This document shows positions 34,686 to 43,560 of a DNA stretch of 64,000 bases, in pieces. The DNA is from a virus (lineage: Duplodnaviria; Heunggongvirae; Uroviricota; Caudoviricetes). The translations under genes were made by a program, and so were the position numbers. The notes under the pieces are model-generated. The model worked only from the letters and a program-made list of their open reading frames with translations. It had not been told where the DNA came from and searched no databases. The number at the start of each line of letters is the position of its first letter. The stretch's first letter is position 1. Location of the stretch: positions 1 through 64,000 of IMG/VR virus record IMGVR_UViG_3300036801_000212. One strand, written 5' to 3'.

Positions 34686-35918
34686 ATGATCAATCCTCAA
34701 TGGGTTGCCGATGCCACCGGAGTTGTATCTCTGGTGGCTATCGTGCTTGCCTTGGTGGCGGCGGCGAGGGTGAAATCTTTAACCCGGGTGTTCGGGATCG
34801 AACTGTATTCGGTCCATCGGTGGCTGGGGATCATCTCCGTTCTGGGGGTGGTAGGTCATATCGTTTTTGTTCTTCTGATGTCCAGTTCGAATCTTGGAAA
34901 ACTGTTCATCTGGGACGGAACGTTAGCTTCGAAAGCCGCTGATGTCTCAACGTATTCTTTGATTGCTTTGCTTCTCTGGCGACAGAAACAAAACTACGAG
35001 CAGTGGCGACGGTGGCATCTTGTTTTAGCTTCCGCTGTTGCCTTGGCGGGCTTTATTCACATCATTCTGTTGGCGCATCTTATAAAGCACACATCTTTCG
35101 CCGGCTCAATCACGGTTCTAGGGTGTGTTGTTGTGATAGCCGCTTTCTATAGACTGACCTCTTCACCTTATTCCGTGATAGGTGTACATCCAGAATCCCC
35201 CACTGTTTCCACCGTGACCTTAGCTCCGAAATGCGGTAAGCATCGTCCCACGCAGAGAAGGAAACGATTCCAACCGGGACAGTTCGGGTGGTTACGTCTC
35301 CATGGACAGCCAGGGAACGATCATCCTTATTCTTTCTCATCCTCGGCGAACAACAGTCAAGAGATACAGGTAACGGTAAGAAAGACCGGGAACTTCACCG
35401 ACAAGTTAACAGATTCTGTCCCCGGAAGAACCATCTGGGTGGATGGTCCCCACGGGAGTTTCTCCCCACCAGACTCCGCGCCAGGATTAGTTCTGATCGG
35501 AGCCGGAGTAGGGATGACACCGATGATGTCCATTCTTAGAACCTGCGCGGATCAACAAGACACGCGATCTATCAGGTTGATACAGTCCGCCGAATCCCCC
35601 GAAGAATTGTTATACTTCGAGGAGGTGAATCAACTTCCGTTGAATCTGGAGATCACGAGAGTGATAACTCGACCCCGCCCAGGGTGGGTGGGGAAAGTGG
35701 GGAGGATTGACATTGCGTTGTTGCATCAAGTTCTCCCGGGGAGACCGGTGAGAGAAAACCAAAGTTTCTTCCTCTGCGGGCCTCCGATGATGGTGGTTGA
35801 TACGGAATGCGCCTTGGTTTCCCTTGGTATCCCCGCGATAAATATCCACACCGAAAGATTCAACATGTCCCCCACGAAAGGTAAACCTAAACACGCATTG
35901 GAGGTAGAGCGTGGATAA
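34686..35918 (+). CDS. ferric-reductase/NOX-like transmembrane flavohaemoprotein (ferric reductase TM domain + FAD/NAD(P)H-binding FNR-like domain)
   Basis: Six hydrophobic helices with His pairs (HRWLG..H, HIIL..H); FNR-type motifs HPYSF (FAD), GPHG, LIGAGVGMTP (NAD), FLCGP; region AT-richer than surroundings. Confidence 0.75.
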   Translation: MINPQWVADATGVVSLVAIVLALVAAARVKSLTRVFGIELYSVHRWLGIISVLGVVGHIVFVLLMSSSNLGKLFIWDGTLASKAADVSTYSLIALLLWRQKQNYEQWRRWHLVLASAVALAGFIHIILLAHLIKHTSFAGSITVLGCVVVIAAFYRLTSSPYSVIGVHPESPTVSTVTLAPKCGKHRPTQRRKRFQPGQFGWLRLHGQPGNDHPYSFSSSANNSQEIQVTVRKTGNFTDKLTDSVPGRTIWVDGPHGSFSPPDSAPGLVLIGAGVGMTPMMSILRTCADQQDTRSIRLIQSAESPEELLYFEEVNQLPLNLEITRVITRPRPGWVGKVGRIDIALLHQVLPGRPVRENQSFFLCGPPMMVVDTECALVSLGIPAINIHTERFNMSPTKGKPKHALEVERG

Positions 35919-36123
35919 AATCTTGATGACGGAACATCGAACCACGGTAAAGAAGATCAGCGAGGCATGGGTGGTGACCTGCAATAACTCCGACTGTCCC
36001 TTCTACGACACTCCCTCTTTGTTTATGAACTGGGGGAACGCTGTGCACGCCGGGAATTTGCACGCGTGGCACGGAGTGAAAGCTCTTCCGGTGGACTATT
36101 CCGTAGCGTTGAGGTGGAGGTGA
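35911..36123 (+). CDS. hypothetical protein
   Basis: GTG start overlapping upstream stop. Confidence 0.4.
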   Translation: MDKILMTEHRTTVKKISEAWVVTCNNSDCPFYDTPSLFMNWGNAVHAGNLHAWHGVKALPVDYSVALRWR

Positions 36124-36244
36124 TCACCCCGCGTGCACGACAGATCATCTGGGAACACATCGTTAGTTTCGGGTGGAATATCTTCTTCTTCCTTGCTGGC
36201 GTTGTGTTTTTGGTGGTTAGCATCCATCTAGCAGTGAGGTACTG

Positions 36245-36787
36245 GTGATGGTAGAGACATTCCCTCCGCATTCTGATCAGCCGATCGAACCTCGAGCGCT
36301 GACCAACGAAGAGACCGACCTCGTGCTGTGGTTGATTGCCGAACGCGGGTGGCAGTCCGAGGAACTTGGTCGTATTGCGGCGAGGGAGCTGCGGGACCGA
36401 AAGAAGAACGAAGCTGAAGCTGCGAAGCGGAAGACATTGGACGCACACAGCGCACTCGTGGAGTCCGCGTCGGGGTTCCGTCGCGCCGTACTGGAAAAGC
36501 ACGGGCCATACGCGCCGTGGGCCCACGATGACCTAGTCCTGTGTTTCGTTTGTGGGGACAACCAGGGGAGCTTTGATTTTCCGTGCGACGAGTACGAGTT
36601 CGCCCGCGATTGGCGTGACGACCATTCCGGGTCTGACTGTTCCGACACATGCACGTTAGCCGTCCTAAAGGAACTCGCTGAGTTTGTCTGCGAACAATGC
36701 CCGGTTGGCCACTGTCAAGACTCCGACGACCGCACGACATGGTGTCTGTCTTGCCGTGCACGAGGACTGGTCGCCGGCGGAAAATAA
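36245..36787 (+). CDS. Cys-rich hypothetical protein
   Basis: ORF; several CxxC/CxC clusters in C-terminal half. Confidence 0.45.
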   Translation: MMVETFPPHSDQPIEPRALTNEETDLVLWLIAERGWQSEELGRIAARELRDRKKNEAEAAKRKTLDAHSALVESASGFRRAVLEKHGPYAPWAHDDLVLCFVCGDNQGSFDFPCDEYEFARDWRDDHSGSDCSDTCTLAVLKELAEFVCEQCPVGHCQDSDDRTTWCLSCRARGLVAGGK

Positions 36788-37036
36788 TCCCTGAAAAAAA
36801 TTCCAAAGTGACCTGAAACGAGACGGTCCGCCCTCGACCTATTGTAAGAGAGCGAGGACGGACCGGGTAGAAAACCTACCGCTTAGAATCCTAACGCGGA
36901 GGTTAAGATTAACGACGACTTTGATCGACCAATAGGGGCGTGTCTCACCTGTCGTCCCCCAAAAAACTACGCCTGGAATAGAGCAGACGAAAACTACCAC
37001 ACCTGTGGACTCTGTAGAGACAACCTCCGCAAAGGT

Positions 37037-37762
37037 TTGAACGAGATCGCGGAACGATATCTCATGCTCGACCCCACCCCCAGTAGCGGAGGATGGGACG
37101 GTAGCAGAGGTTCCCCCGGTTTCGGTTCTCGCTCCCCCGCCAGTGACCACATTATTGCGATGATGGATCGTAGGTCCAGTTCCGACGCTCGAGTATGGGT
37201 TGGTGGGGATGGGAGGGTTCATCGGGAGGCGACGAATCCTCCGCTGTCGGTGTTCTCCGTGCTTGATACATGGGCGTGGGATGTGGCGGAACAAAGAGGC
37301 TTCGACCATCGACAGCTGGTTTCCGTCGAGGCTGTCTGTCGCTGGCTGGACAATCAACTCGACTGGATTTGCCGGCATGAAGCTGTCGCGGACTTCCATG
37401 AGGATGTGCGGAAGCTTCTGGGACAGTTGAGGCCAGTCACTGGGGATCGCTGTATCCAGATTGGGGACTGTCCCGAGTGTGACACTGCACTTTTCGCTCC
37501 CCTTCAAGGTGACACCATCACCTGTGTGGAGTGTGGCGAGAGCTGGAACAAAGACCGCTGGCTGGCGCTAGCGGAACGGATGGGCGTCGATCAGGATGAT
37601 TTCGTGAGCACTGCTGGGGTGAGTGTTCGTTACAACATCACGATCAGCGCTGTTCGGTCTAGGGCAAGCAGGGAGAAGTGGACTCCGTACGGTCCGCCAA
37701 GGGAGCGATTCTGGTCTCTGAAGGAGGTCAGAAAATCTTTCGAAGAAATCCCAGAGCGGTAA
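37037..37762 (+). CDS. hypothetical protein with C-terminal Zn-ribbon (CPECD...CVECG); possible N-terminal extension to ~36890
   Basis: TTG start in track; same frame is open upstream and encodes a second Zn-ribbon (CLTCR...CGLC) without canonical start codon. Confidence 0.5.
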   Translation: MNEIAERYLMLDPTPSSGGWDGSRGSPGFGSRSPASDHIIAMMDRRSSSDARVWVGGDGRVHREATNPPLSVFSVLDTWAWDVAEQRGFDHRQLVSVEAVCRWLDNQLDWICRHEAVADFHEDVRKLLGQLRPVTGDRCIQIGDCPECDTALFAPLQGDTITCVECGESWNKDRWLALAERMGVDQDDFVSTAGVSVRYNITISAVRSRASREKWTPYGPPRERFWSLKEVRKSFEEIPER

Positions 37763-37987
37763 ATTTATATACTTAGAATGTAGGCGGCGGGTAAGGGATA
37801 CTCTACGCCGAAAATCTTAAGCACCGTAAAATCCCAGACGGCCAGCGGGCAAACGAACATCTCGAAGATGTAAACATAAGCTGGGTCGGTGCGAGGGGCT
37901 AGTTGCGATCCCGTCGTAAACTAGCGAACGTAAACCCCGGGTCCGTTAGGTCGGACACCGGGGTTTACTGCATGTCAGAGAGGTTTC

Positions 37988-38695
37988 GTGCTGAAGCTCT
38001 GTCTAAGATGTGGCCAGTTCAAGTCCCACGGTGTTCGTCTCAACGGTGATTTTCAAAGCGCCTGCGTCGACTGCATCGGGGACGTTCACCTCCCGGTGGA
38101 AGAGGTGGACATCCTTCCTGTCTCCCTCAACAACGCGCACATCTACTTCGCTCAAGGCGTTTCTGGCGGGCCGGTTAAAATCGGTCGTACAGTTTGCCTG
38201 TCGGCACGATTGAAGTCGTTGCAGACCGGGAGTCCGCTGACGCTCAAGTTCGTCGGGGTCATCCCGTTCGGCGGTGCTGCGACCGAGAAGACTCTCCACA
38301 AGAAATTCGCTAACCTCCATGCCCACGGTGAGTGGTTCCACCCGGGAGAAGAGTTGCTTGAGTACATCAAGACCTACTCCTCCGCGCCGGCGGATGTCCC
38401 AGATAGGGTCCCGCCGGAAGAGCCGAGTCCCTCTCGATACGTGGGTCTCACGCGAGAGTTCGCCTCGGATCACGAGGAAGATATCGCACTTCTCAAGGGG
38501 CTCGTGAGGTTCATCCGCCTCGGAGGAGAAGCGGGACGTAGCCATGGCGAGATCAGTAAAGATCATTTTGACAGCAGCGTGAAGAAGAATGAGATCGACG
38601 GCCTCCTAGCTAACCTTCTTTGCGAAGGTAGGGTCAAGAAGGCACTGACCGCTCGTGGTAGCGTGAAGTATCTTTATCCTCGCGTTGTTGTGTGA
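37988..38695 (+). CDS. T5orf172-domain protein with N-terminal Zn-ribbon (second copy in window)
   Basis: CLRCG...C.DC then IYFAQGVSGGPVKIGRT...RLKSLQTGSPL.L...IPF...EK.LHKKFANLHAHGEWF. Confidence 0.55.
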   Translation: MLKLCLRCGQFKSHGVRLNGDFQSACVDCIGDVHLPVEEVDILPVSLNNAHIYFAQGVSGGPVKIGRTVCLSARLKSLQTGSPLTLKFVGVIPFGGAATEKTLHKKFANLHAHGEWFHPGEELLEYIKTYSSAPADVPDRVPPEEPSPSRYVGLTREFASDHEEDIALLKGLVRFIRLGGEAGRSHGEISKDHFDSSVKKNEIDGLLANLLCEGRVKKALTARGSVKYLYPRVVV

Positions 38696-38700
38696 GGCTC

Positions 38701-38772
38701 AGAGCGGGATGGCGCAGTAGTAGCGCGTTGGGCTCATATCCCAAAGGTCGTGGGTGCGACTCCCACTCCCGC
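38701..38772 (+). tRNA. tRNA-Met (anticodon CAU; could alternatively be lysidine tRNA-Ile)
   Basis: Cloverleaf folded by hand: acceptor AGCGGGA/TCCCGCC (1:72 A-C mismatch), D-stem GCGC/GCGC, anticodon stem TTGGG/CCCAA loop CTCATAT, T-arm GTGGG-TGCGACT-CCCAC; no encoded CCA. Confidence 0.7.
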
Positions 38773-38824
38773 CACGTGTCACGCCCGGACAATGGGTTCC
38801 TCACGGTTCGCCCGTCCGGGTTAT

Positions 38825-38899
38825 CTGCTCGTGGGCCAATCTGGTTAAGCCACTGCTTTTGGGAAGCAGACAGTGGAAGTTCGAATCTTCCCGAGCAGA
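38825..38899 (+). tRNA. tRNA-Pro (anticodon UGG)
   Basis: Acceptor CTGCTCG/CGAGCAG perfect, anticodon stem CTGCT/AGCAG loop TTTGGGA, T-arm GGAAG-TTCGAAT-CTTCC; discriminator A, no encoded CCA. Confidence 0.75.
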
Positions 38900-38923
38900 C
38901 GCGATTTGAGGAGGTGAGCGCCG

Positions 38924-39061
38924 ATGAAGATGTCCCGTAAACATCTAGACGTAGTGCAGCAGCGACGTTCAAGTAACGCCTCCGGTCCTCACCAGGATAA
39001 GAGGCAAAGGCGAGCCCGAACAAGGTCGGCAACGTTGAAGAGGGAGCTAGAGCGACAGTGA
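38924..39061 (+). CDS. small basic protein (45 aa)
   Basis: ATG 6 nt after GAGGAGG; GTGA overlap with next gene; not in 60-aa track. Confidence 0.35.
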   Translation: MKMSRKHLDVVQQRRSSNASGPHQDKRQRRARTRSATLKRELERQ

Positions 39062-39291
39062 AGGTCTATCTCGTCCTCGTCGAAGATCGCCACACGGGGA
39101 TTGACGTCACCCCATTCGCCACTCTCGAGGCCGCACTTGATCATGCCAAGTCAGAGGTGCTCTCTTTCTTCGACGACGAAGACGAGATCGAGTGGCCAGA
39201 TGATCCTTCGGAGGAGAGAGTTAGCTGGTGGGTGAGTTGCTCCCCCGAGAGTGATTACGTCAGTCTGATCAGTCGAGAGATGCACTCGTGA
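39058..39291 (+). CDS. hypothetical acidic protein
   Basis: GTG start; ORF. Confidence 0.45.
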   Translation: MKVYLVLVEDRHTGIDVTPFATLEAALDHAKSEVLSFFDDEDEIEWPDDPSEERVSWWVSCSPESDYVSLISREMHS

Positions 39292-39428
39292 CCTGGACTA
39301 TCGTCGTTCTCCTCCTGGCTGTCGGTGTCTGGATTGGCTACCGTCTCGGCCGATGGAATGCTGAGGCTGGTAGAGCAACTCACGATATGTCGAAGACCTG
39401 GGAGCGTCGCTCGGACTACCGAAGCTAA
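39288..39428 (+). CDS. small membrane peptide (46 aa)
   Basis: GTGA overlap; TM helix TWTIVVLLLAVGVWIGY. Confidence 0.3.
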   Translation: MTWTIVVLLLAVGVWIGYRLGRWNAEAGRATHDMSKTWERRSDYRS

Positions 39429-39493
39429 GTCGTGTCACACAACGCTCCGCCATATTTTTCGCCGCCTCGCGCGGCCGTGCCTGAAAGAAGATC

Positions 39494-40195
39494 ATGACCT
39501 GCTCCCGTCCTTGGCGTTCTACCGCTCGCAAGAATCAAATCCCACCTGAGGGTGACTGGCTTGTGTTCTTGATGTGTTTCGGCAGGGGCGCGGGAAAAAC
39601 GTGGGCCGCATCAAACTGGATCGCCGAGCAAGCCGCTGCTCGTCCAGGCACGCACTGGGCTATCGTGGCACCTACCTGGCGCGATCTACGACTAGTCTGC
39701 ATCGAGGGCAGTTCAGGCATCCTCAGGGCTCTCCAGTCGGGCGAACTTGACAGCTTCAACCATAGCGACATGAGTGTGCGTTTGAAGAATGGCTCACAGA
39801 TTCACGGCTACTCCAACGATGGGGTCGAACGCATCACCGGTCAGTACGCCGGCGCGTGGATCGAGGAGCTTCGCGGCATGGAGAACGCGGAGAAGATGTG
39901 GCGTGAGCATCTCCTCCCGACGATGGCGAAGATGGTTCAGCCGAGAGTTTTTGTGACCACCACACCAGAGAATCCCGATCTCCCACTGGAGTGTCCAACG
40001 CAGGGTCCGTTCCGGCCGAATGCTCTGCAGAAGACTTTCATGAACGACACCAGTGGCATGGTGGCCAAGGTCCTCGGTAGCACCTGGGACAATGTGGAGA
40101 ATCTGTCACCTTGCGCGGTTGAGGAGTTGAAGAAGCGCTACGGCAACACTCTCGCGGGCCGTACTCAGCTTGAGGGTATCTCTCTCCCCATGTGA
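39494..40195 (+). CDS. terminase large-subunit-like ATPase domain only (no nuclease domain)
   Basis: Walker A FGRGAGKTWAAS, Walker B YAGAWIEEL, terminase-type coupling motif VFVTTTPENPD; ORF ends 200 nt before IS element. Confidence 0.6.
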   Translation: MTCSRPWRSTARKNQIPPEGDWLVFLMCFGRGAGKTWAASNWIAEQAAARPGTHWAIVAPTWRDLRLVCIEGSSGILRALQSGELDSFNHSDMSVRLKNGSQIHGYSNDGVERITGQYAGAWIEELRGMENAEKMWREHLLPTMAKMVQPRVFVTTTPENPDLPLECPTQGPFRPNALQKTFMNDTSGMVAKVLGSTWDNVENLSPCAVEELKKRYGNTLAGRTQLEGISLPM

Positions 40196-40408
40196 ATAAC
40201 TGGTAGGCTCAAGCTACATCCCAGGTGATGCGGATCGCCTGAGCTGGCACGGTTGTCGGCCATACCGTGAGGATTAGGGAGTGTCGGGTAATCGACCAGG
40301 TCCAGGGACAGCCAGCAAAAGCCACCGGTTCCGGTCATCACAGCAAGGCCGGCTTCTGGAACCAACGGTATCCGCACCCTAACTTCACCCGAGAAAGCTC
40401 CGAGGAAG

Positions 40409-41705
40409 CCCCCGGATTTATCCGTGGGGAGGAATCGGAGTGCCGTGCCTTACTCATGTCGTGCCCTCTGGTAAAGTGGATGTCGTGAGGACGGCGTACA
40501 AGGTTCGTGCCTACCCCGACACTGAGCAGGCGACGCTGCTGCGTCGCACCTTCGGGTGTGTGCGCCTGGTATGGAACAAGACCCTCGCCGATCGGCAATG
40601 CCGCTACACCGTCGAGCAGCGCAGCACTCCGTATAAGGAGACTGACGCCGCCCTCGCTGCGTGGAAACACACCGACGAGCTGGCGTTTCTGTCCGAGGTG
40701 TCCTCGGTTCCGTTGCAGCAGACGTTGCGGCATCAGCACACCGCGTTCCAAAACTTCTTCGCCAAACGAGGCCGCTACCCGAAGTTCAAGTCCCGCAACT
40801 CGCGCCAGTCCGCGCACTACACCCGGTCGGCGTTCCGCATCAAACCCGATGGATTGTGGCTGGCTAAAACCACTGCGCCGTTGAAAGTGGCGTGGTCGTG
40901 GCCCGACATTGACATGACCGGACTCGACCCGACGATGGTCATCGTCAGCGTCGAACCCGACGGCCGCTGGTACGTCACCTTCGCCGTGGACGTTTCCGCT
41001 CCGGCTCCGCTGCCCGCCGTCGGCGAGACGGTCGGAGTCGACGTCGGGTTGAAGGACTTCGCTGTCCTGTCCACCGGGGAGCGCATCGCCAACCCACGGC
41101 ATCTAGCCAAGCGCGCCCGGAACTTGGCCCGCTACCAGCGACGCATGACCCGCTGTAAGCGTGGCTCCGCGAACCGAGCCAAGGCCAAACTGAAGGTCGC
41201 TCGGGCACACTCGAAGGTCCGCGCTGCACGAAACGACTTCCTGCACAAGACCAGCACCACATTGGTCCGCCGGTTCGATCGGGTCGGCATCGAAGATCTG
41301 AACGTATCCGGCATGGTCCGCGATCACCCGCTCGCCAAGGCGATTTCCGACGTTGGGTGGGGCGAGTTCCGGTCCATGCTCGAATACAAGGCGCAACGCG
41401 CCGGACGTCAGATGATCGCCATCGACCGCTGGTACCCGTCGAGCAAGACATGCAGTTCGTGTGGCCACCTGCTGACCTTCCTTTCCCTTGGTACGCGTCA
41501 GTGGACGTGTCCCGGATGCGGCACCCGACATGATCGGGACTTGAACGCCGCGAAGAACATCGATACGGCGGCCGGGCTGGTCGCTGCTGCCTCCGGAGGG
41601 CCGGTGAGACCTGTGCAGGCAACTGCTGGGCACGGCCCAGCGAAAGAGGAACCCCGACTCGTGAGGGTTGGAATCCCCCGCCTTTAGGCGTGGGGAGGAA
41701 GTCAA
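40409..41705 (+). mobile_element. second IS200/IS605-family tnpB-only element, ~1.3 kb
   Basis: Left-end hairpin CCCCCGGATTTATCCGTGGGG identical to first element; right-end hairpin CCCCCGCCTTTAGGCGTGGGG followed by AGGAAGTCAA. Confidence 0.65.
40485..41687 (+). CDS. tnpB: TnpB (diverged paralog of 24783..25925)
   Basis: RTAYKVRAYPDTEQATLLRRTFGCVRLVWNKTL; RuvC-like motifs; CSSCG...CPGCG Zn finger; NAAKNI. Confidence 0.85.
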   Translation: MRTAYKVRAYPDTEQATLLRRTFGCVRLVWNKTLADRQCRYTVEQRSTPYKETDAALAAWKHTDELAFLSEVSSVPLQQTLRHQHTAFQNFFAKRGRYPKFKSRNSRQSAHYTRSAFRIKPDGLWLAKTTAPLKVAWSWPDIDMTGLDPTMVIVSVEPDGRWYVTFAVDVSAPAPLPAVGETVGVDVGLKDFAVLSTGERIANPRHLAKRARNLARYQRRMTRCKRGSANRAKAKLKVARAHSKVRAARNDFLHKTSTTLVRRFDRVGIEDLNVSGMVRDHPLAKAISDVGWGEFRSMLEYKAQRAGRQMIAIDRWYPSSKTCSSCGHLLTFLSLGTRQWTCPGCGTRHDRDLNAAKNIDTAAGLVAAASGGPVRPVQATAGHGPAKEEPRLVRVGIPRL

Positions 41706-41824
41706 GTAGACCTCTACACTGAGCCGAGAGACGGTCCCGTTCTTGTTGAGCACATCCGCTTTCCCCTCGAATTCTGAAGAGAAACCCCCGAAGTTTCTGA
41801 AGAAGGAATCGTGAGTCCCTGCGC

Positions 41825-42112
41825 ATGAGAAAGAGTTTCGGCTTCTACTACACCCGCGAAGACGAGGTACGTCTTCGGATCCGAGAGTATCCGTGGCGCT
41901 GGCACTTTCTTGCTTACGCAGCTGACGTCGTCTGCGCCATGACTCGTCACCGACTGTGTAACAGTCTTGTTTCGTGGGCTTATGACAAGGCCGATGGCCA
42001 CGTGGGCTACAAGGAAGAGTTCCCCGCCTCGAAGGAACAATGGGTGGAGTTCGCTAAGGCTACCGGCGGCGAGGACCCTTCGTGGTGGTGGACTGAAGAA
42101 GAGGAATCGTGA
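41825..42112 (+). CDS. hypothetical protein
   Basis: ORF; Trp-rich acidic C-terminus. Confidence 0.45.
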   Translation: MRKSFGFYYTREDEVRLRIREYPWRWHFLAYAADVVCAMTRHRLCNSLVSWAYDKADGHVGYKEEFPASKEQWVEFAKATGGEDPSWWWTEEEES

Positions 42113-42537
42113 AGATTTACCGCGAACATAACGTCGGCTACTCCTGTAGAGGTTTCGCACTCTTCATCACGGAATTCCCTATGCACCGTTGGGCTTTGGG
42201 TGAGGTCGGATACAACCTTATCGGACGTTTGAGGTGTTCCGAACTTTCCCACCGTGCGTTGAATGCGATCATCGACTGGCAGCATAAATACACGTTCACT
42301 GTGGCGGAAATTCCGTTGACGACGGAACAAGCGTTGATTCTATGTCCCAGCTATGAGGACGAGATCGAACCTGAGGGTTGGATCACAGTTAACGGCGCTG
42401 ATGAGCATGGGGATATCTACGAGGACGCGGCGTTGACCGTCGCTAGGTGTAGGGAATGTGGTCAGATGCTCCCCGCGAATGGTCGTTGGTGGCAGAAGAT
42501 CATTGATGAACACCGACCTTTTTGCGCGGCGAGTTGA
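42109..42537 (+). CDS. hypothetical protein
   Basis: GTGA overlap; ORF. Confidence 0.5.
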   Translation: MKIYREHNVGYSCRGFALFITEFPMHRWALGEVGYNLIGRLRCSELSHRALNAIIDWQHKYTFTVAEIPLTTEQALILCPSYEDEIEPEGWITVNGADEHGDIYEDAALTVARCRECGQMLPANGRWWQKIIDEHRPFCAAS

Positions 42538-42743
42538 TGACCGACGAATACTGGGGTGGGGAACTAGCTCCCGCTGATAGATGGGGTAGATGTCCCATCC
42601 GTGGCAATGCGGTGAAGATCGTTCACGAAACTCTATGTGATCACGCTGAGTTCGAAGATGCCGCACTGTGTGGTCCGACGGCTTCGTTGGTCGTCGATAG
42701 GTTGATTGAGGCTGAGATTTTGCCGGACGAGATGGCCGAATGA
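42537..42743 (+). CDS. hypothetical protein
   Basis: TGATG stop-start overlap. Confidence 0.4.
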   Translation: MTDEYWGGELAPADRWGRCPIRGNAVKIVHETLCDHAEFEDAALCGPTASLVVDRLIEAEILPDEMAE

Positions 42744-43093
42744 GACGCTTCGATAGCATCGGTATCGGCGAAGACTACTTGGCGATCGACCGGTATCCGT
42801 GGTACTGGTGGCCAGTCAAAGAGTTCCTCCACCTCTTCTGCAAGGCGACTGGCTGTCGTTTCTGCATGTCGCACCTGGTGTGGAAGTTGGACCACAAGTT
42901 TCTCAATTCCCCGCACCAGACCTTGAAGATTCCGATGTCTCCCGAGTTGCGGGTTGAGATTGCCAAGGCATACGGCATTGAGTTGACGTGTCATACGTGG
43001 CTCGACGACGAAGAAGACGATCAACTGTGTGAGCTTCCGGCTCTGCATGAGGGTGAACATTTCGACTCGGACACCGGCCGGCGGTGGACGTGA
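42740..43093 (+). CDS. hypothetical protein
   Basis: ATGA overlap. Confidence 0.45.
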   Translation: MRRFDSIGIGEDYLAIDRYPWYWWPVKEFLHLFCKATGCRFCMSHLVWKLDHKFLNSPHQTLKIPMSPELRVEIAKAYGIELTCHTWLDDEEDDQLCELPALHEGEHFDSDTGRRWT

Positions 43094-43560
43094 GCTTCGG
43101 AATCGCGGGTGAAGACGAAACCTTCGACACTCTCGAAGAGCTTCATGCGCACTGCTGGAACAAGAAGACGACTCTTGAGAAGATGAAGCTTCAGATCAGA
43201 CGTCGTTACCTTTGGTGGTTCCGGAACCCGATCCGTGACGCACACTATGCCGTGAAGTGGGCTTGGCAACGAGTCTTTCGTGGCTGGGATGACCGTGCGA
43301 TCTCGAACCTTGACTGTCACCTAGGCGAGACCCTCGGTGCGCAGCTAGTTAAATTGGCCGAAGAAGGCCACGTTTGGCCGGGTGAAGAGTGGGGAACCGT
43401 CGAGCAGTGGGACACTGACCTAAAGAGGCACGGTGAGGCGCTCTTGGCGTACTGTGGACTATGGGAGGCCGAGACCCGCGAAGAAGAAGAAGTCCTCGTC
43501 AAGGCCGCGCAGGAAGCTATGCACTGGGTGGCAGAGAATCTAGGGAGTCTGTGGGACTGA
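43084..43560 (+). CDS. hypothetical protein
   Basis: ORF overlapping upstream stop. Confidence 0.45.
   Translation: MDVSFGIAGEDETFDTLEELHAHCWNKKTTLEKMKLQIRRRYLWWFRNPIRDAHYAVKWAWQRVFRGWDDRAISNLDCHLGETLGAQLVKLAEEGHVWPGEEWGTVEQWDTDLKRHGEALLAYCGLWEAETREEEEVLVKAAQEAMHWVAENLGSLWD

Noticed and set aside
36839-37507. 222-aa minus-strand ORF opposite gene 37037..37762
   Set aside because: No RBS or motifs. The plus-strand gene has a Zn-ribbon and sits in the coupled rightward series, so the minus ORF is a likely antisense shadow.
38773-38824. Third tRNA between tRNA-Met and tRNA-Pro
   Set aside because: The 52-nt spacer forms only one long-loop hairpin and has no cloverleaf.
39494-41705. Idea that the second IS element interrupted a full-length terminase gene
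   Set aside because: No terminase nuclease-domain sequence appears downstream of the IS in any frame. The ATPase-only ORF ends with its own stop 200 nt before the IS left end.
40338-41826. Minus-strand ORFs 40338..41102, 40975..41826, 41103..41753 antisense to second tnpB
   Set aside because: Shadow ORFs of a GC-rich coding region. Their translations are Arg/Pro/Gly-rich and motif-free.
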